A DNA stretch of 64,000 nucleotides from the NCBI RefSeq assembly GCF_046105845.1, contig NZ_CP151004.1. The stretch is one strand, 5' to 3'. Shown one piece after another: positions 9,101-22,853 of this stretch. The notes below the pieces were generated by a model. That model saw only the letters and a program-made list of their open reading frames with translations, was not told the DNA's origin and did not search any database. Numbering within the stretch: the stretch's first letter is position 1; each line of letters opens with the position of its first letter. This DNA comes from Escherichia coli. GTDB taxonomy: Bacteria; Pseudomonadota; Gammaproteobacteria; Enterobacterales; Enterobacteriaceae. The translations under genes and the position numbers were made by a program.

Positions 9101-11974
9101 ATGACACAGACGTTAAGCCAGCTTGAAAACAGCGGCGCTTTTATTGAACGCCATATCGGACCGGACGCCGCGCAACAGCAAGAAATGCTGAATGCCGTTG
9201 GCGCACAATCGTTAAACGCGCTGACCGGCCAGATTGTGCCGAAAGATATTCAGCTTGCGACCCCGCCGCAGGTTGGCGCACCGGCGACCGAATACGCCGC
9301 GCTGGCGGAACTCAAGGCTATTGCCAGTCGCAATAAACGCTTCACGTCTTACATCGGCATGGGTTACACCGCCGTGCAGCTACCGCCGGTTATTCTGCGT
9401 AACATGCTGGAAAATCCGGGCTGGTATACCGCGTATACTCCGTATCAACCTGAAGTCTCCCAGGGCCGCCTTGAAGCACTGCTCAACTTCCAGCAGGTAA
9501 CGTTGGATTTAACCGGGCTGGATATGGCCTCTGCTTCTCTTCTGGACGAAGCCACCGCTGCCGCCGAAGCAATGGCGATGGCTAAACGCGTCAGCAAACT
9601 GAAAAATGCCAACCGCTTCTTCGTGGCTTCCGATGTGCATCCGCAAACGCTGGATGTGGTCCGTACTCGTGCCGAAACCTTTGGTTTTGAAGTGATTGTC
9701 GATGACGCGCAAAAAGTGCTCGACCATCAGGACGTCTTCGGCGTGCTGTTTCAGCAGGTCGGCACTACCGGTGAAATTCATGACTACACTGCGCTTATCA
9801 GCGAACTGAAATCACGCAAAATTGTGGTCAGCGTCGCCGCCGATATTATGGCGCTGGTGCTGTTAACTGCGCCGGGTAAACAGGGCGCGGATATTGTCTT
9901 TGGTTCGGCGCAACGCTTTGGCGTACCGATGGGCTACGGTGGCCCACATGCGGCATTCTTTGCGGCGAAAGATGAATACAAACGCTCAATGCCGGGCCGT
10001 ATTATCGGTGTATCGAAAGATGCAGCTGGCAATACCGCTCTGCGCATGGCGATGCAGACTCGCGAGCAACATATTCGCCGTGAGAAAGCGAACTCCAACA
10101 TTTGTACTTCCCAGGTACTGCTGGCAAACATCGCCAGCCTGTATGCCGTTTATCACGGCCCGGTTGGCCTGAAACGTATCGCTAACCGCATCCACCGTCT
10201 GACCGATATCCTGGCGGCGGGCCTGCAACAAAAAGGTCTGAAGCTGCGTCATGCGCACTATTTCGACACCTTGTGTGTGGAAGTGGCCGACAAAGCGGGC
10301 GTACTGACGCGTGCCGAAGCGGCTGAAATCAACCTGCGTAGCGATATCCTGAACGCGGTTGGGATCACCCTTGATGAAACCACCACGCGTGAAAACGTGA
10401 TGCAGCTTTTCAGCGTGCTGCTGGGCGATAACCACGGGCTGGAGATCGACACGCTGGATAAAGACGTGGCTCACGACAGCCGCTCTATTCAGCCTGCGAT
10501 GCTGCGCGACGACGAAATCCTCACCCATCCGGTGTTTAATCGCTACCACAGCGAAACCGAAATGATGCGCTATATGCACTCGCTGGAGCGTAAAGATCTG
10601 GCGCTGAATCAGGCGATGATCCCGCTGGGTTCCTGCACCATGAAACTGAACGCCGCCGCCGAGATGATCCCAATCACCTGGCCGGAATTTGCTGAACTGC
10701 ACCCGTTCTGCCCGCCAGAACAGGCCGAAGGTTATCAGCAGATGATTGCGCAGCTGGCTGACTGGCTGGTGAAACTGACCGGTTACGACGCCGTTTGTAT
10801 GCAGCCGAACTCTGGCGCACAGGGCGAATACGCGGGCCTGCTGGCGATTCGTCATTATCATGAAAGCCGCAACGAAGGGCATCGTGATATCTGCCTGATC
10901 CCGGCATCTGCCCACGGCACTAACCCCGCTTCCGCGCATATGGCGGGGATGCAGGTGGTGGTTGTGGCGTGTGATAAAAACGGCAATATCGATTTGACTG
11001 ATCTGCGCGCGAAAGCGGAACAGGCGGGCGATAACCTCTCCTGTATCATGGTGACCTATCCTTCCACCCACGGCGTGTATGAAGAAACGATCCGTGAGGT
11101 GTGTGAAGTCGTGCATCAGTTCGGTGGTCAGGTTTACCTTGATGGCGCGAACATGAACGCTCAGGTTGGCATCACCTCGCCGGGCTTTATTGGTGCGGAC
11201 GTCTCGCACCTTAACCTGCATAAAACTTTCTGCATTCCGCACGGTGGTGGTGGTCCGGGTATGGGACCGATCGGCGTGAAAGCGCATCTGGCACCGTTTG
11301 TACCGGGTCATAGCGTGGTGCAAATCGAAGGCATGTTAACCCGTCAGGGCGCGGTTTCTGCGGCACCGTTCGGTAGCGCATCTATTCTGCCAATCAGCTG
11401 GATGTACATCCGCATGATGGGCGCAGAAGGGCTGAAAAAAGCAAGCCAGGTGGCAATTCTTAACGCCAACTATATTGCCAGCCGCCTGCAGGATGCTTTC
11501 CCGGTGCTGTATACCGGTCGCGACGGTCGCGTGGCGCACGAATGTATTCTTGATATTCGTCCGCTGAAAGAAGAAACCGGCATCAGCGAACTGGATATTG
11601 CCAAGCGTCTGATCGACTACGGTTTCCACGCGCCGACCATGTCATTCCCGGTGGCGGGTACGCTGATGGTTGAACCGACCGAATCCGAAAGCAAAGTGGA
11701 ACTGGATCGCTTTATCGACGCGATGCTGGCTATCCGCGCAGAAATTGACCAGGTGAAAGCCGGTGTCTGGCCGCTGGAAGATAACCCGCTGGTGAACGCG
11801 CCACACATTCAGAGCGAACTGGTCGCCGAGTGGGCGCATCCGTACAGCCGCGAAGTTGCAGTATTCCCGGCAGGCGTGGCAGACAAATACTGGCCAACAG
11901 TGAAACGTCTGGATGATGTTTACGGCGACCGTAACCTGTTCTGCTCCTGCGTACCGATTAGCGAATACCAGTAA
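9101..11974 (+). CDS. gcvP: Glycine dehydrogenase (decarboxylating), glycine cleavage P protein
   Basis: Internal ATG at 9101 gives [35 protein letters not shown]..., 957 aa; the track ORF start at 9017 runs through the upstream palindrome. Confidence 0.94.
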   Translation: MTQTLSQLENSGAFIERHIGPDAAQQQEMLNAVGAQSLNALTGQIVPKDIQLATPPQVGAPATEYAALAELKAIASRNKRFTSYIGMGYTAVQLPPVILRNMLENPGWYTAYTPYQPEVSQGRLEALLNFQQVTLDLTGLDMASASLLDEATAAAEAMAMAKRVSKLKNANRFFVASDVHPQTLDVVRTRAETFGFEVIVDDAQKVLDHQDVFGVLFQQVGTTGEIHDYTALISELKSRKIVVSVAADIMALVLLTAPGKQGADIVFGSAQRFGVPMGYGGPHAAFFAAKDEYKRSMPGRIIGVSKDAAGNTALRMAMQTREQHIRREKANSNICTSQVLLANIASLYAVYHGPVGLKRIANRIHRLTDILAAGLQQKGLKLRHAHYFDTLCVEVADKAGVLTRAEAAEINLRSDILNAVGITLDETTTRENVMQLFSVLLGDNHGLEIDTLDKDVAHDSRSIQPAMLRDDEILTHPVFNRYHSETEMMRYMHSLERKDLALNQAMIPLGSCTMKLNAAAEMIPITWPEFAELHPFCPPEQAEGYQQMIAQLADWLVKLTGYDAVCMQPNSGAQGEYAGLLAIRHYHESRNEGHRDICLIPASAHGTNPASAHMAGMQVVVVACDKNGNIDLTDLRAKAEQAGDNLSCIMVTYPSTHGVYEETIREVCEVVHQFGGQVYLDGANMNAQVGITSPGFIGADVSHLNLHKTFCIPHGGGGPGMGPIGVKAHLAPFVPGHSVVQIEGMLTRQGAVSAAPFGSASILPISWMYIRMMGAEGLKKASQVAILNANYIASRLQDAFPVLYTGRDGRVAHECILDIRPLKEETGISELDIAKRLIDYGFHAPTMSFPVAGTLMVEPTESESKVELDRFIDAMLAIRAEIDQVKAGVWPLEDNPLVNAPHIQSELVAEWAHPYSREVAVFPAGVADKYWPTVKRLDDVYGDRNLFCSCVPISEYQ

Positions 11975-11996
11975 TTTACTGATTCGACTATCTTCT

Positions 11997-12020
11997 AAAG
12001 GCGCTTCGGCGCCTTTTTAG
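11997..12020 (+). terminator. Rho-independent terminator of gcvTHP operon
   Basis: aaaggcgcttcggcgcctttttag: perfect GC-rich hairpin followed by T5. Confidence 0.8.
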
Positions 12021-12053
12021 TCAGATGACAAAGTACAAAAGTGCTCAGACAGT

Positions 12054-12155
12054 CCCCTCGCCCCTTTGGGGAGAGGGTTAGGGTGAGGGGAACAGGCCGG
12101 CACTGGCGCGAATATTTACCCTCACCCCGGCCCTCTCCCTGAAAGGGCGAGGGGG
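12054..12155. repeat. About 100-bp GC-rich imperfect palindrome (dispersed intergenic repeat-like)
   Basis: Arms cccctcgcccctttggggagagggttagggtgagggg and ccctcaccccggccctctccctgaaagggcgaggggg are near reverse complements of each other. Confidence 0.6.
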
Positions 12156-12240
12156 AAAAGCGTGCCAACATTGAAGATTGAGCCAGTTTGTTAGCAATCT
12201 AAAAGATACGTCAACGAATTAATTTTTCCAGGAAAAACAA

Positions 12241-12984
12241 TTGGCTATAGCACTTGTGACCGGTGGCAGTCGCGGCATCGGGCGGGCAACTGCATTACTG
12301 TTGGCGCAAGAAGGGTATACGGTGGCGGTTAATTATCAGCAAAACCTCCACGCGGCGCAGGAAGTGGTGAACTTAATCACGCAAGCCGGTGGCAAGGCAT
12401 TCGTGCTCCAGGCGGATATCAGCGACGAAAATCAGGTCGTCGAGATGTTTACCGCAATCGATCTGCACGATGAACCGCTAGCTGCACTGGTCAATAACGC
12501 CGGGATCTTGTTTACCCAGTGCACCGTAGAAAACCTTACCGCAGAGCGAATCAACCGGGTACTTTCCACCAATGTGACGGGACATTTTCTCTGTTGCCGC
12601 GAGGCGGTAAAACGCATGGCGCTGAAAAATGGCGGTAATGGCGGTGCTATCGTCAACGTCTCTTCAGTGGCCTCACGGCTGGGATCTCCGGGGGAATACG
12701 TTGATTATGCGGCATCGAAAGGGGCGATTGATACGTTAACCACAGGGCTGTCGCTGGAAGTCGCTGCGCAAGGAATTCGCGTTAATGGCGTGCGGCCCGG
12801 TTTTATCTATACCGGAATGCACGCCAGCGGTGGCGAACCTGGACGCGTTGATCGCGTTAAGTCGAACATCCCCATGCAGCGCGGTGGGCAGGCGGAAGAG
12901 GTCGCGCAGGCCATCGTCTGGCTGTTAAGTGATAAAGCCTCTTATGTCACGGGAAGTTTTATCGATTTGGCGGGCGGAAAATAA
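12241..12984 (+). CDS. ygfF: Short-chain dehydrogenase/reductase (SDR) family oxidoreductase
   Basis: TTG start; (M)AIALVTGGSRGIGRATALLL... with the TGxxxGxG Rossmann motif; 247 aa. Confidence 0.85.
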   Translation: MAIALVTGGSRGIGRATALLLAQEGYTVAVNYQQNLHAAQEVVNLITQAGGKAFVLQADISDENQVVEMFTAIDLHDEPLAALVNNAGILFTQCTVENLTAERINRVLSTNVTGHFLCCREAVKRMALKNGGNGGAIVNVSSVASRLGSPGEYVDYAASKGAIDTLTTGLSLEVAAQGIRVNGVRPGFIYTGMHASGGEPGRVDRVKSNIPMQRGGQAEEVAQAIVWLLSDKASYVTGSFIDLAGGK

Positions 12985-13002
12985 GATGGGAAAGTTATCT
13001 GA

Positions 13003-13033
13003 CCGGATGCAACACAATTGGCGTTGCATCCGG
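13003..13033. terminator. Palindromic hairpin between convergent ygfF and bglA (probable bidirectional terminator / REP-like)
   Basis: ccggatgcaacacaattggcgttgcatccgg, perfect 11-bp arms. Confidence 0.5.
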
Positions 13034-13045
13034 CACATCAGATAA

Positions 13046-14506
<1,461 letters not shown>

Positions 14507-14523
14507 TTACAGGAAATAGTACC

Positions 14524-14835
14524 ATGCAGCCAAACGACATCACTTTTTTTCAACGTTTCCAGGATGACATTCTGGCTGGGCGTAAAACCATCACCATCCG
14601 CGACGAGTCTGAATCGCACTTCAAAACGGGTGATGTGCTTCGTGTCGGGCGTTTTGAAGATGACGGTTATTTTTGCACGATTGAAGTCACCGCAACCTCA
14701 ACCGTAACGCTGGATACACTGACGGAAAAACATGCAGAGCAGGAAAATATGACCCTGCCTGAACTGAAAAAGGTCATTGCCGACATCTATCCCGGCCAGA
14801 CACAGTTTTATGTGATTGAATTTAAATGCCTTTAA
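14524..14835 (+). CDS. yqfB: ASCH-domain protein (N4-acetylcytidine amidohydrolase)
   Basis: 103-aa [44 protein letters not shown]... Confidence 0.88.
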   Translation: MQPNDITFFQRFQDDILAGRKTITIRDESESHFKTGDVLRVGRFEDDGYFCTIEVTATSTVTLDTLTEKHAEQENMTLPELKKVIADIYPGQTQFYVIEFKCL

Positions 14836-14995
14836 ATTGAACTTACGCCTGTTAGTTGAAATTTTGCATTTAATTTCATGATTTTTAGGAGATTAGTCCC
14901 AAATCAGAATTTATTTTAGCTAACAGGTGTTCACTGGAACTATTCTCAGTTACGCTGGAGAGGTATACATGTGCGTGTACGTTTCTCCGGAGTAA

Positions 14996-15658
<663 letters not shown>

Positions 15659-15693
15659 TGGGTGTGCCTTTGTAGGCCTGAAAAGACACACCC

Positions 15694-15728
15694 TTGTCGC
15701 ATCAGGCGATAAATGCATGATGCGACAC
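15694..15728. repeat. REP (repetitive extragenic palindrome) unit
   Basis: ttgtcgcatcaggcgataaatgcatgatgcgacac contains the REP core GCCTGATGCGAC on the minus strand in palindromic arrangement; lies between convergent yqfA and ygfZ. Confidence 0.6.
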
Positions 15729-15734
15729 AGAGAT

Positions 15735-16715
15735 TTACTCTTCGAGTGAATACGGCAGCGGCTCGATACGCAATGTATTCGCATCGTCACGCACGCGGAA
15801 GATGCTGTCCGGTTCCATATCGTTATTCATGACAACCTGTACCACGACCTGACCATCTTCCAGTTTTACCGCAGCCAGCACGGTTCCGGTACGACGCCAG
15901 TTCTCGCCCATTTTCAGCTCTAAGTCTTCACCGGCTTCCGGCAGTCGGCTGGCGCTACCCGTCAGCAACCAGAGCGCGCGTTTGTTGGCACCACGGAATT
16001 TAGCTCGCGCCACCATCTCTTGTCCGGTATAGCAGCCTTTTTTAAAGCTAATGCCGCCCAGCGCCTGGAGGTTGGTCGCCTGTGGGATAAACTGCCCGCT
16101 GTTGGCGGCATCAATCACCGGGAAACCCGCTTCAATGTTTAATGCCAGCCACTGTTGGCTATTGTTCAGTTCCGCTTCACCGCGCAGTTTATCGGTCAGC
16201 ATATTGGCAGTGGCTTCATCGGTTACGATCAGGAAACGTTCTGCCGGGTGTTCAAACCATAGCAAAGCGGTCGCGCCTTCTTTAACTACCTGTTTTTCTT
16301 TCGAAGGCAGTTCACTAAAGAGATTTGCCAGCGCGGCGCGCGCCTGAAAACCGGCAACACCAAGCAGCACACGCTCGTCGTCTGGCGCGATGGTCACTTT
16401 AGAGAACACCGCATATTTTTTCAGTTCAGTCAGCTGCGGTTCACGCACGCTGCGCCGTTCAATCCATGCAAAGCCATCGCCGTCGCGGAACAGACGTAAA
16501 TTGCTCCACATTTTACCTTTGGCGTCGCAATGGGCGGCGAGCAGGTGCTGATCTTCAGTCATCTGGCTGACATCTGCTGTCACCTGGCCTTGCATATATT
16601 TTTCGCTGTCCGCGCCAGTAATAGTGGCAAGCGCCCAGTCATCAAGCGTCATCAGCGTCAGCGGTAAACGGGCAGAAGCCGTAGGCTGACGGGGAGGAAA
16701 AGGTGTAAAAGCCAT
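15735..16715 (-). CDS. ygfZ: Folate-binding tRNA-modifying protein
   Basis: 326-aa [47 protein letters not shown]... Confidence 0.9.
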   Translation of the reverse strand: MAFTPFPPRQPTASARLPLTLMTLDDWALATITGADSEKYMQGQVTADVSQMTEDQHLLAAHCDAKGKMWSNLRLFRDGDGFAWIERRSVREPQLTELKKYAVFSKVTIAPDDERVLLGVAGFQARAALANLFSELPSKEKQVVKEGATALLWFEHPAERFLIVTDEATANMLTDKLRGEAELNNSQQWLALNIEAGFPVIDAANSGQFIPQATNLQALGGISFKKGCYTGQEMVARAKFRGANKRALWLLTGSASRLPEAGEDLELKMGENWRRTGTVLAAVKLEDGQVVVQVVMNNDMEPDSIFRVRDDANTLRIEPLPYSLEE

Positions 16716-16945
16716 AATAGAGTCCTGAGTTGCTTAACGGCGTATTAATAACTAATGGTAAAAGAGCTATGAGGCAATGCAAGTGCTTTCACTACGCGAT
16801 CTGTGCCTTCTGCGAGGCGACTTCCAAAAAAATGAAGCCCTTGAATTGTTGTGAATTAATTTCGCGATCGTGATGGTGTTTACTGATATTCCCGTAAAAG
16901 AAGTCGAAAAACACGTTACAATAGCGGGGTACTGGATTTTCGTGA

Positions 16946-17612
<667 letters not shown>

Positions 17613-17651
17613 AGATGACGGCAAAGCATATGCGCTAAGCCGTCAGTGACA

Positions 17652-18173
17652 TCAGGCGTAATGCTCTGCCATTTCGTTGAGGATTTGCTCGCACCAGTTC
17701 TGAATACGCTCGTCGCTAAGGTCATACTGATTGGTTTCGTCCAGCGCCAGGCCCACGAACAGTTGCCCGTCAGCTATCACCGGTTTCGGGCTGGTAAACT
17801 CATATCCTTCCGTTGGCCAGTAGCCGACGAACTTCACGCCTTTGGTCGAGAGCTTGTCATGCAGCATACCGAGCGCATCGAGGAACCACTCGCCGTATCC
17901 CAGTTGATCGCCAAGCCCATACAGCGCAACAATTTTACCTTCGAGGTTCAGGTCGTCGAGCTGATCCCAGATGGCTTCCCAGTCTTCCTGGATTTCACCA
18001 AAATCCCAGGTCGGGATACCCAGAATGAGCACATCGTACTGCTCCATTAATTTCGGGGAGTCGTCCTTGAGGTTATGTAAGGTCACCAGTTCTGGGCCGA
18101 TAATATCGCGGATTTTTTCTGCCGCCATTTCGGTGTAACAGGTGCTGGAACCGTAAAAAAGACCCATATTCAT
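17652..18173 (-). CDS. fldB: Flavodoxin 2
   Basis: 173-aa [29 protein letters not shown]...; long-chain flavodoxin signature. Confidence 0.92.
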   Translation of the reverse strand: MNMGLFYGSSTCYTEMAAEKIRDIIGPELVTLHNLKDDSPKLMEQYDVLILGIPTWDFGEIQEDWEAIWDQLDDLNLEGKIVALYGLGDQLGYGEWFLDALGMLHDKLSTKGVKFVGYWPTEGYEFTSPKPVIADGQLFVGLALDETNQYDLSDERIQNWCEQILNEMAEHYA

Positions 18174-18284
18174 AACGTAAGCTTCTCGATTCTGCTGTGG
18201 CTTTTGTGGCTAGTGTATCAGAATCGCTTTAGTCACGGCACAATAAGGCATAATGGATCAAATGAGTGACCATAAGGGGCGCAA

Positions 18285-19181
18285 GTGAAACAGGATCTGG
18301 CACGCATCGAGCAGTTTCTTGATGCTCTGTGGCTGGAAAAAAATCTGGCTGAAAATACGTTGAACGCTTACCGTCGCGATCTGTCAATGATGGTGGAGTG
18401 GTTGCATCACCGCGGGTTGACGCTGGCGACGGCGCAAAGTGACGATTTGCAGGCATTACTGGCAGAAAGGCTGGAGGGCGGGTATAAAGCCACCAGCTCA
18501 GCGCGTTTGCTGAGTGCAGTGCGCCGATTGTTCCAGTATCTTTATCGCGAAAAGTTTCGTGAAGACGATCCCAGTGCGCATCTCGCTTCACCGAAATTGC
18601 CACAGCGTTTGCCAAAAGATTTAAGCGAAGCGCAGGTCGAACGTTTATTACAGGCACCATTAATTGATCAGCCACTGGAGCTACGCGATAAAGCCATGCT
18701 TGAAGTGTTGTATGCTACAGGGCTGCGTGTCTCTGAACTGGTCGGGCTGACAATGAGTGATATCAGTCTGCGTCAGGGCGTAGTGCGGGTCATTGGTAAA
18801 GGCAACAAAGAGCGCCTGGTGCCGTTAGGTGAAGAGGCGGTTTACTGGCTGGAAACGTATCTCGAGCATGGGCGACCTTGGTTGTTGAACGGTGTCTCTA
18901 TTGATGTGTTGTTCCCCAGCCAGCGTGCGCAGCAGATGACGCGACAGACCTTCTGGCACCGCATTAAACATTATGCCGTGCTGGCGGGTATCGACAGCGA
19001 AAAGCTGTCACCGCATGTGTTGCGTCACGCTTTTGCCACTCATTTATTAAATCATGGTGCGGATTTACGCGTGGTGCAGATGCTACTGGGCCACAGCGAT
19101 CTCTCCACCACGCAAATTTATACGCATGTCGCTACCGAGCGTCTGCGGCAACTTCATCAACAGCATCACCCGCGGGCGTGA
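18285..19181 (+). CDS. xerD: Site-specific tyrosine recombinase XerD
   Basis: GTG start; 298 aa; C-terminal R..HxxR..Y catalytic region (LRHAFATHLL...TQIYTHV). Confidence 0.93.
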   Translation: MKQDLARIEQFLDALWLEKNLAENTLNAYRRDLSMMVEWLHHRGLTLATAQSDDLQALLAERLEGGYKATSSARLLSAVRRLFQYLYREKFREDDPSAHLASPKLPQRLPKDLSEAQVERLLQAPLIDQPLELRDKAMLEVLYATGLRVSELVGLTMSDISLRQGVVRVIGKGNKERLVPLGEEAVYWLETYLEHGRPWLLNGVSIDVLFPSQRAQQMTRQTFWHRIKHYAVLAGIDSEKLSPHVLRHAFATHLLNHGADLRVVQMLLGHSDLSTTQIYTHVATERLRQLHQQHHPRA

Positions 19182-19205
19182 TGTCTGAAAAGAACGGGAA
19201 GATTT

Positions 19206-19916
19206 ATGAAGAAAGGTTTTATGTTGTTTACTTTGTTAGCGGCGTTTTCAGGCTTTGCTCAGGCTGATGACGCGGCAATTCAACAAACGTTAGCCAAAAT
19301 GGGCATCAAAAGCAGCGATATTCAGCCTGCGCCCGTAGCGGGCATGAAGACAGTTCTGACTAACAGCGGTGTGTTGTACATCACCGATGATGGTAAACAT
19401 ATCATTCAGGGGCCAATGTATGACGTTAGTGGCACGGCTCCGGTCAATGTCACCAATAAGATGCTGTTAAAGCAGTTGAATGCGCTTGAAAAAGAGATGA
19501 TCGTTTATAAAGCGCCGCAGGAAAAACACGTCATCACCGTGTTTACTGATATTACCTGTGGTTACTGCCACAAACTGCATGAGCAAATGGCAGACTATAA
19601 CGCGCTGGGGATCACCGTGCGTTATCTTGCTTTCCCGCGCCAGGGGCTGGATAGCGATGCAGAGAAAGAAATGAAAGCTATCTGGTGTGCGAAAGATAAA
19701 AACAAAGCGTTTGATGATGTGATGGCAGGTAAAAGCGTCGCACCAGCCAGCTGCGACGTGGATATTGCCGACCATTACGCACTTGGCGTCCAGCTTGGCG
19801 TTAGCGGTACTCCGGCAGTTGTGCTGAGCAATGGCACACTTGTTCCGGGTTACCAGCCGCCGAAAGAGATGAAAGAATTCCTCGACGAACACCAAAAAAT
19901 GACCAGCGGTAAATAA
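19206..19916 (+). CDS. dsbC: Thiol:disulfide interchange protein DsbC
   Basis: 236 aa with signal peptide and CGYC active site (TDITCGYCHKLH). Confidence 0.93.
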   Translation: MKKGFMLFTLLAAFSGFAQADDAAIQQTLAKMGIKSSDIQPAPVAGMKTVLTNSGVLYITDDGKHIIQGPMYDVSGTAPVNVTNKMLLKQLNALEKEMIVYKAPQEKHVITVFTDITCGYCHKLHEQMADYNALGITVRYLAFPRQGLDSDAEKEMKAIWCAKDKNKAFDDVMAGKSVAPASCDVDIADHYALGVQLGVSGTPAVVLSNGTLVPGYQPPKEMKEFLDEHQKMTSGK

Positions 19917-19921
19917 TTCGC

Positions 19922-21655
19922 GTGAAACAACAGATACAACTTCGTCGCCGTGAAGTCGATGAAACGGCCGACTTGCCCGCTGAATTGCCTCCCTTGCTGC
20001 GCCGTTTATATGCCAGCCGGGGTGTGCGTAGCGCGCAGGAACTGGAACGCAGTGTTAAAGGCATGCTGCCCTGGCAGCAACTGAGCGGCGTCGAAAAGGC
20101 CGTTGAGATCCTTTACAACGCTTTTCGCGAAGGAACGCGGATTATTGTGGTCGGTGATTTCGACGCCGACGGTGCCACCAGCACGGCTCTAAGCGTGCTG
20201 GCGATGCGCTCGCTTGGTTGCAGCAATATCGACTACCTGGTTCCAAACCGTTTCGAAGACGGTTACGGCTTAAGCCCGGAAGTGGTCGATCAGGCCCATG
20301 CCCGTGGCGCGCAGTTAATTGTTACCGTGGATAACGGTATTTCCTCCCATGTGGGGGTTGAACACGCTCGTTCGTTGGGCATTCCGGTTATTGTTACCGA
20401 TCACCATTTGCCGGGCGACACATTACCCGCAGCGGAAGCGATCATTAACCCTAACTTGCGCGACTGTAATTTCCCGTCGAAATCACTGGCAGGCGTGGGT
20501 GTGGCGTTTTATCTGATGCTGGCGCTGCGCACCTTTTTGCGCGATCAGGGCTGGTTTGATGAGCGCGGCATCGCAATTCCTAATCTGGCAGAACTGCTGG
20601 ATCTGGTAGCGTTGGGGACAGTGGCGGACGTCGTGCCGCTGGACGCTAATAATCGCATTCTGACCTGGCAGGGGATGAGTCGCATCCGTGCCGGAAAGTG
20701 CCGTCCAGGGATTAAAGCGCTGCTGGAAGTGGCAAACCGTGATGCACAAAAACTCGCCGCCAGCGATTTAGGTTTTGCGCTGGGGCCACGTCTCAATGCT
20801 GCCGGGCGACTGGACGATATGTCCGTCGGTGTGGCGCTGTTGCTGTGCGACAACATCGGCGAAGCGCGCGTGCTGGCAAATGAACTCGATGCGCTAAACC
20901 AGACGCGAAAAGAGATCGAACAAGGAATGCAAGTTGAAGCCCTGACCCTGTGCGAGAAACTGGAGCGCAGCCGTGACACGCTACCCGGCGGGCTGGCAAT
21001 GTATCACCCCGAATGGCATCAGGGCGTTGTCGGCATTCTGGCTTCGCGCATCAAAGAGCGTTTTCACCGTCCGGTTATCGCGTTTGCGCCAGCAGGTGAC
21101 GGTACGCTGAAAGGTTCCGGTCGCTCCATTCAGGGGCTGCATATGCGTGATGCGCTGGAGCGATTAGACACACTCTACCCCGGCATGATGCTCAAGTTTG
21201 GCGGTCATGCGATGGCGGCGGGTTTGTCGCTGGAAGAGGATAAATTCGAACTCTTTCAACAACGGTTTGGCGAACTGGTTACTGAGTGGCTGGACCCTTC
21301 GCTATTGCAAGGCGAAGTGGTGTCAGACGGTCCGTTAAGTCCAGCCGAAATGACCATGGAAGTGGCGCAGCTGCTGCGCGATGCTGGCCCGTGGGGGCAG
21401 ATGTTCCCGGAGCCGCTGTTTGACGGTCATTTCCGCCTTCTGCAACAACGACTGGTAGGCGAACGCCATTTGAAGGTCATGGTTGAACCGGTCGGCGGCG
21501 GCCCGCTGCTGGACGGCATTGCCTTTAACGTTGATACCGCCCTTTGGCCGGATAACGGCGTGCGCGAAGTGCAACTGGCTTATAAGCTTGATATCAACGA
21601 GTTTCGCGGCAATCGCAGCCTGCAAATTATCATCGACAATATCTGGCCAATTTAG
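19922..21655 (+). CDS. recJ: Single-stranded-DNA-specific 5'-3' exonuclease RecJ
   Basis: GTG start 5 nt after the dsbC stop; 577 aa; DHH motifs (VVGDFDADGATS, VTDHH). Confidence 0.93.
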   Translation: MKQQIQLRRREVDETADLPAELPPLLRRLYASRGVRSAQELERSVKGMLPWQQLSGVEKAVEILYNAFREGTRIIVVGDFDADGATSTALSVLAMRSLGCSNIDYLVPNRFEDGYGLSPEVVDQAHARGAQLIVTVDNGISSHVGVEHARSLGIPVIVTDHHLPGDTLPAAEAIINPNLRDCNFPSKSLAGVGVAFYLMLALRTFLRDQGWFDERGIAIPNLAELLDLVALGTVADVVPLDANNRILTWQGMSRIRAGKCRPGIKALLEVANRDAQKLAASDLGFALGPRLNAAGRLDDMSVGVALLLCDNIGEARVLANELDALNQTRKEIEQGMQVEALTLCEKLERSRDTLPGGLAMYHPEWHQGVVGILASRIKERFHRPVIAFAPAGDGTLKGSGRSIQGLHMRDALERLDTLYPGMMLKFGGHAMAAGLSLEEDKFELFQQRFGELVTEWLDPSLLQGEVVSDGPLSPAEMTMEVAQLLRDAGPWGQMFPEPLFDGHFRLLQQRLVGERHLKVMVEPVGGGPLLDGIAFNVDTALWPDNGVREVQLAYKLDINEFRGNRSLQIIIDNIWPI

Positions 21656-21745
21656 CGTCATCTTCTCTATAAAAAAGAGCGTGGATTGGGTACAATCCCG
21701 CTCTTATCACCGCATTTTGACTAGCTCAAGAAAAGAAATCAGACC

Positions 21746-22844
21746 ATGTTTGAAATTAATCCGGTAAATAATCGCATTCAGGACCTCACGGAACGCTCCG
21801 ACGTTCTTAGGGGGTATCTTTGACTATGACGCCAAGAAAGAGCGTCTGGAAGAAGTAAACGCCGAGCTGGAACAGCCGGATGTCTGGAACGAACCCGAAC
21901 GCGCACAGGCGCTGGGTAAAGAGCGTTCCTCCCTCGAAGCCGTTGTCGACACCCTTGACCAAATGAAACAGGGGCTGGAAGATGTTTCTGGTCTGCTGGA
22001 ACTGGCTGTAGAAGCTGACGACGAAGAAACCTTTAACGAAGCCGTTGCTGAACTCGACGCTCTGGAAGAAAAACTGGCGCAGCTTGAGTTCCGCCGTATG
22101 TTCTCTGGCGAATATGACAGCGCCGACTGCTACCTCGATATTCAGGCGGGGTCTGGTGGTACGGAAGCACAGGACTGGGCGAGCATGCTTGAGCGTATGT
22201 ATCTGCGCTGGGCAGAATCGCGTGGTTTCAAAACTGAAATCATCGAAGAGTCGGAAGGTGAAGTGGCGGGTATTAAATCCGTGACGATCAAAATCTCCGG
22301 CGATTACGCTTACGGCTGGCTGCGTACAGAAACTGGCGTTCACCGCCTGGTGCGTAAGAGCCCGTTTGACTCCGGCGGTCGTCGCCACACGTCGTTCAGC
22401 TCCGCGTTTGTTTACCCGGAAGTTGATGACGATATTGATATCGAAATCAACCCGGCGGATCTGCGCATCGACGTTTATCGCGCGTCCGGCGCGGGCGGTC
22501 AGCACGTTAACCGTACCGAATCTGCGGTGCGTATTACCCACATCCCGACCGGGATCGTGACCCAGTGCCAGAACGACCGTTCCCAGCACAAGAACAAAGA
22601 CCAGGCCATGAAGCAGATGAAAGCGAAGCTTTATGAACTGGAGATGCAGAAGAAAAATGCCGAGAAACAGGCGATGGAAGATAATAAATCTGATATCGGC
22701 TGGGGCAGCCAGATTCGTTCTTATGTCCTTGATGACTCCCGCATTAAAGATCTGCGTACCGGGGTAGAAACCCGCAACACGCAGGCCGTGCTGGACGGCA
22801 GCCTGGATCAATTTATCGAAGCAAGTTTGAAAGCAGGGTTATGA
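21746..22844 (+). CDS. prfB: Peptide chain release factor 2, translated with a programmed +1 ribosomal frameshift at codon 25/26
   Basis: Frame 0 reads [25 protein letters not shown] then TGA at 21821-21823; the +1 frame from 21822 continues [18 protein letters not shown]... to the stop at 22844 and contains the GGQ motif ([11 protein letters not shown]). Confidence 0.92.
21809..21824 (+). promoter_or_regulatory. prfB autoregulatory +1 frameshift site (internal SD-like AGGGGG, slippery CUU UGA C)
   Basis: Sequence agggggtatctttgac is present exactly in the canonical arrangement. Confidence 0.9.
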
Positions 22845-22853
22845 GGAACCAAC

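Noticed and set aside
9986-11323. 445-aa ORF on the minus strand inside gcvP
   Set aside because: Antisense shadow ORF within a well-supported gene; no SD or start context, and its composition reflects the GC-rich codon third positions of gcvP.
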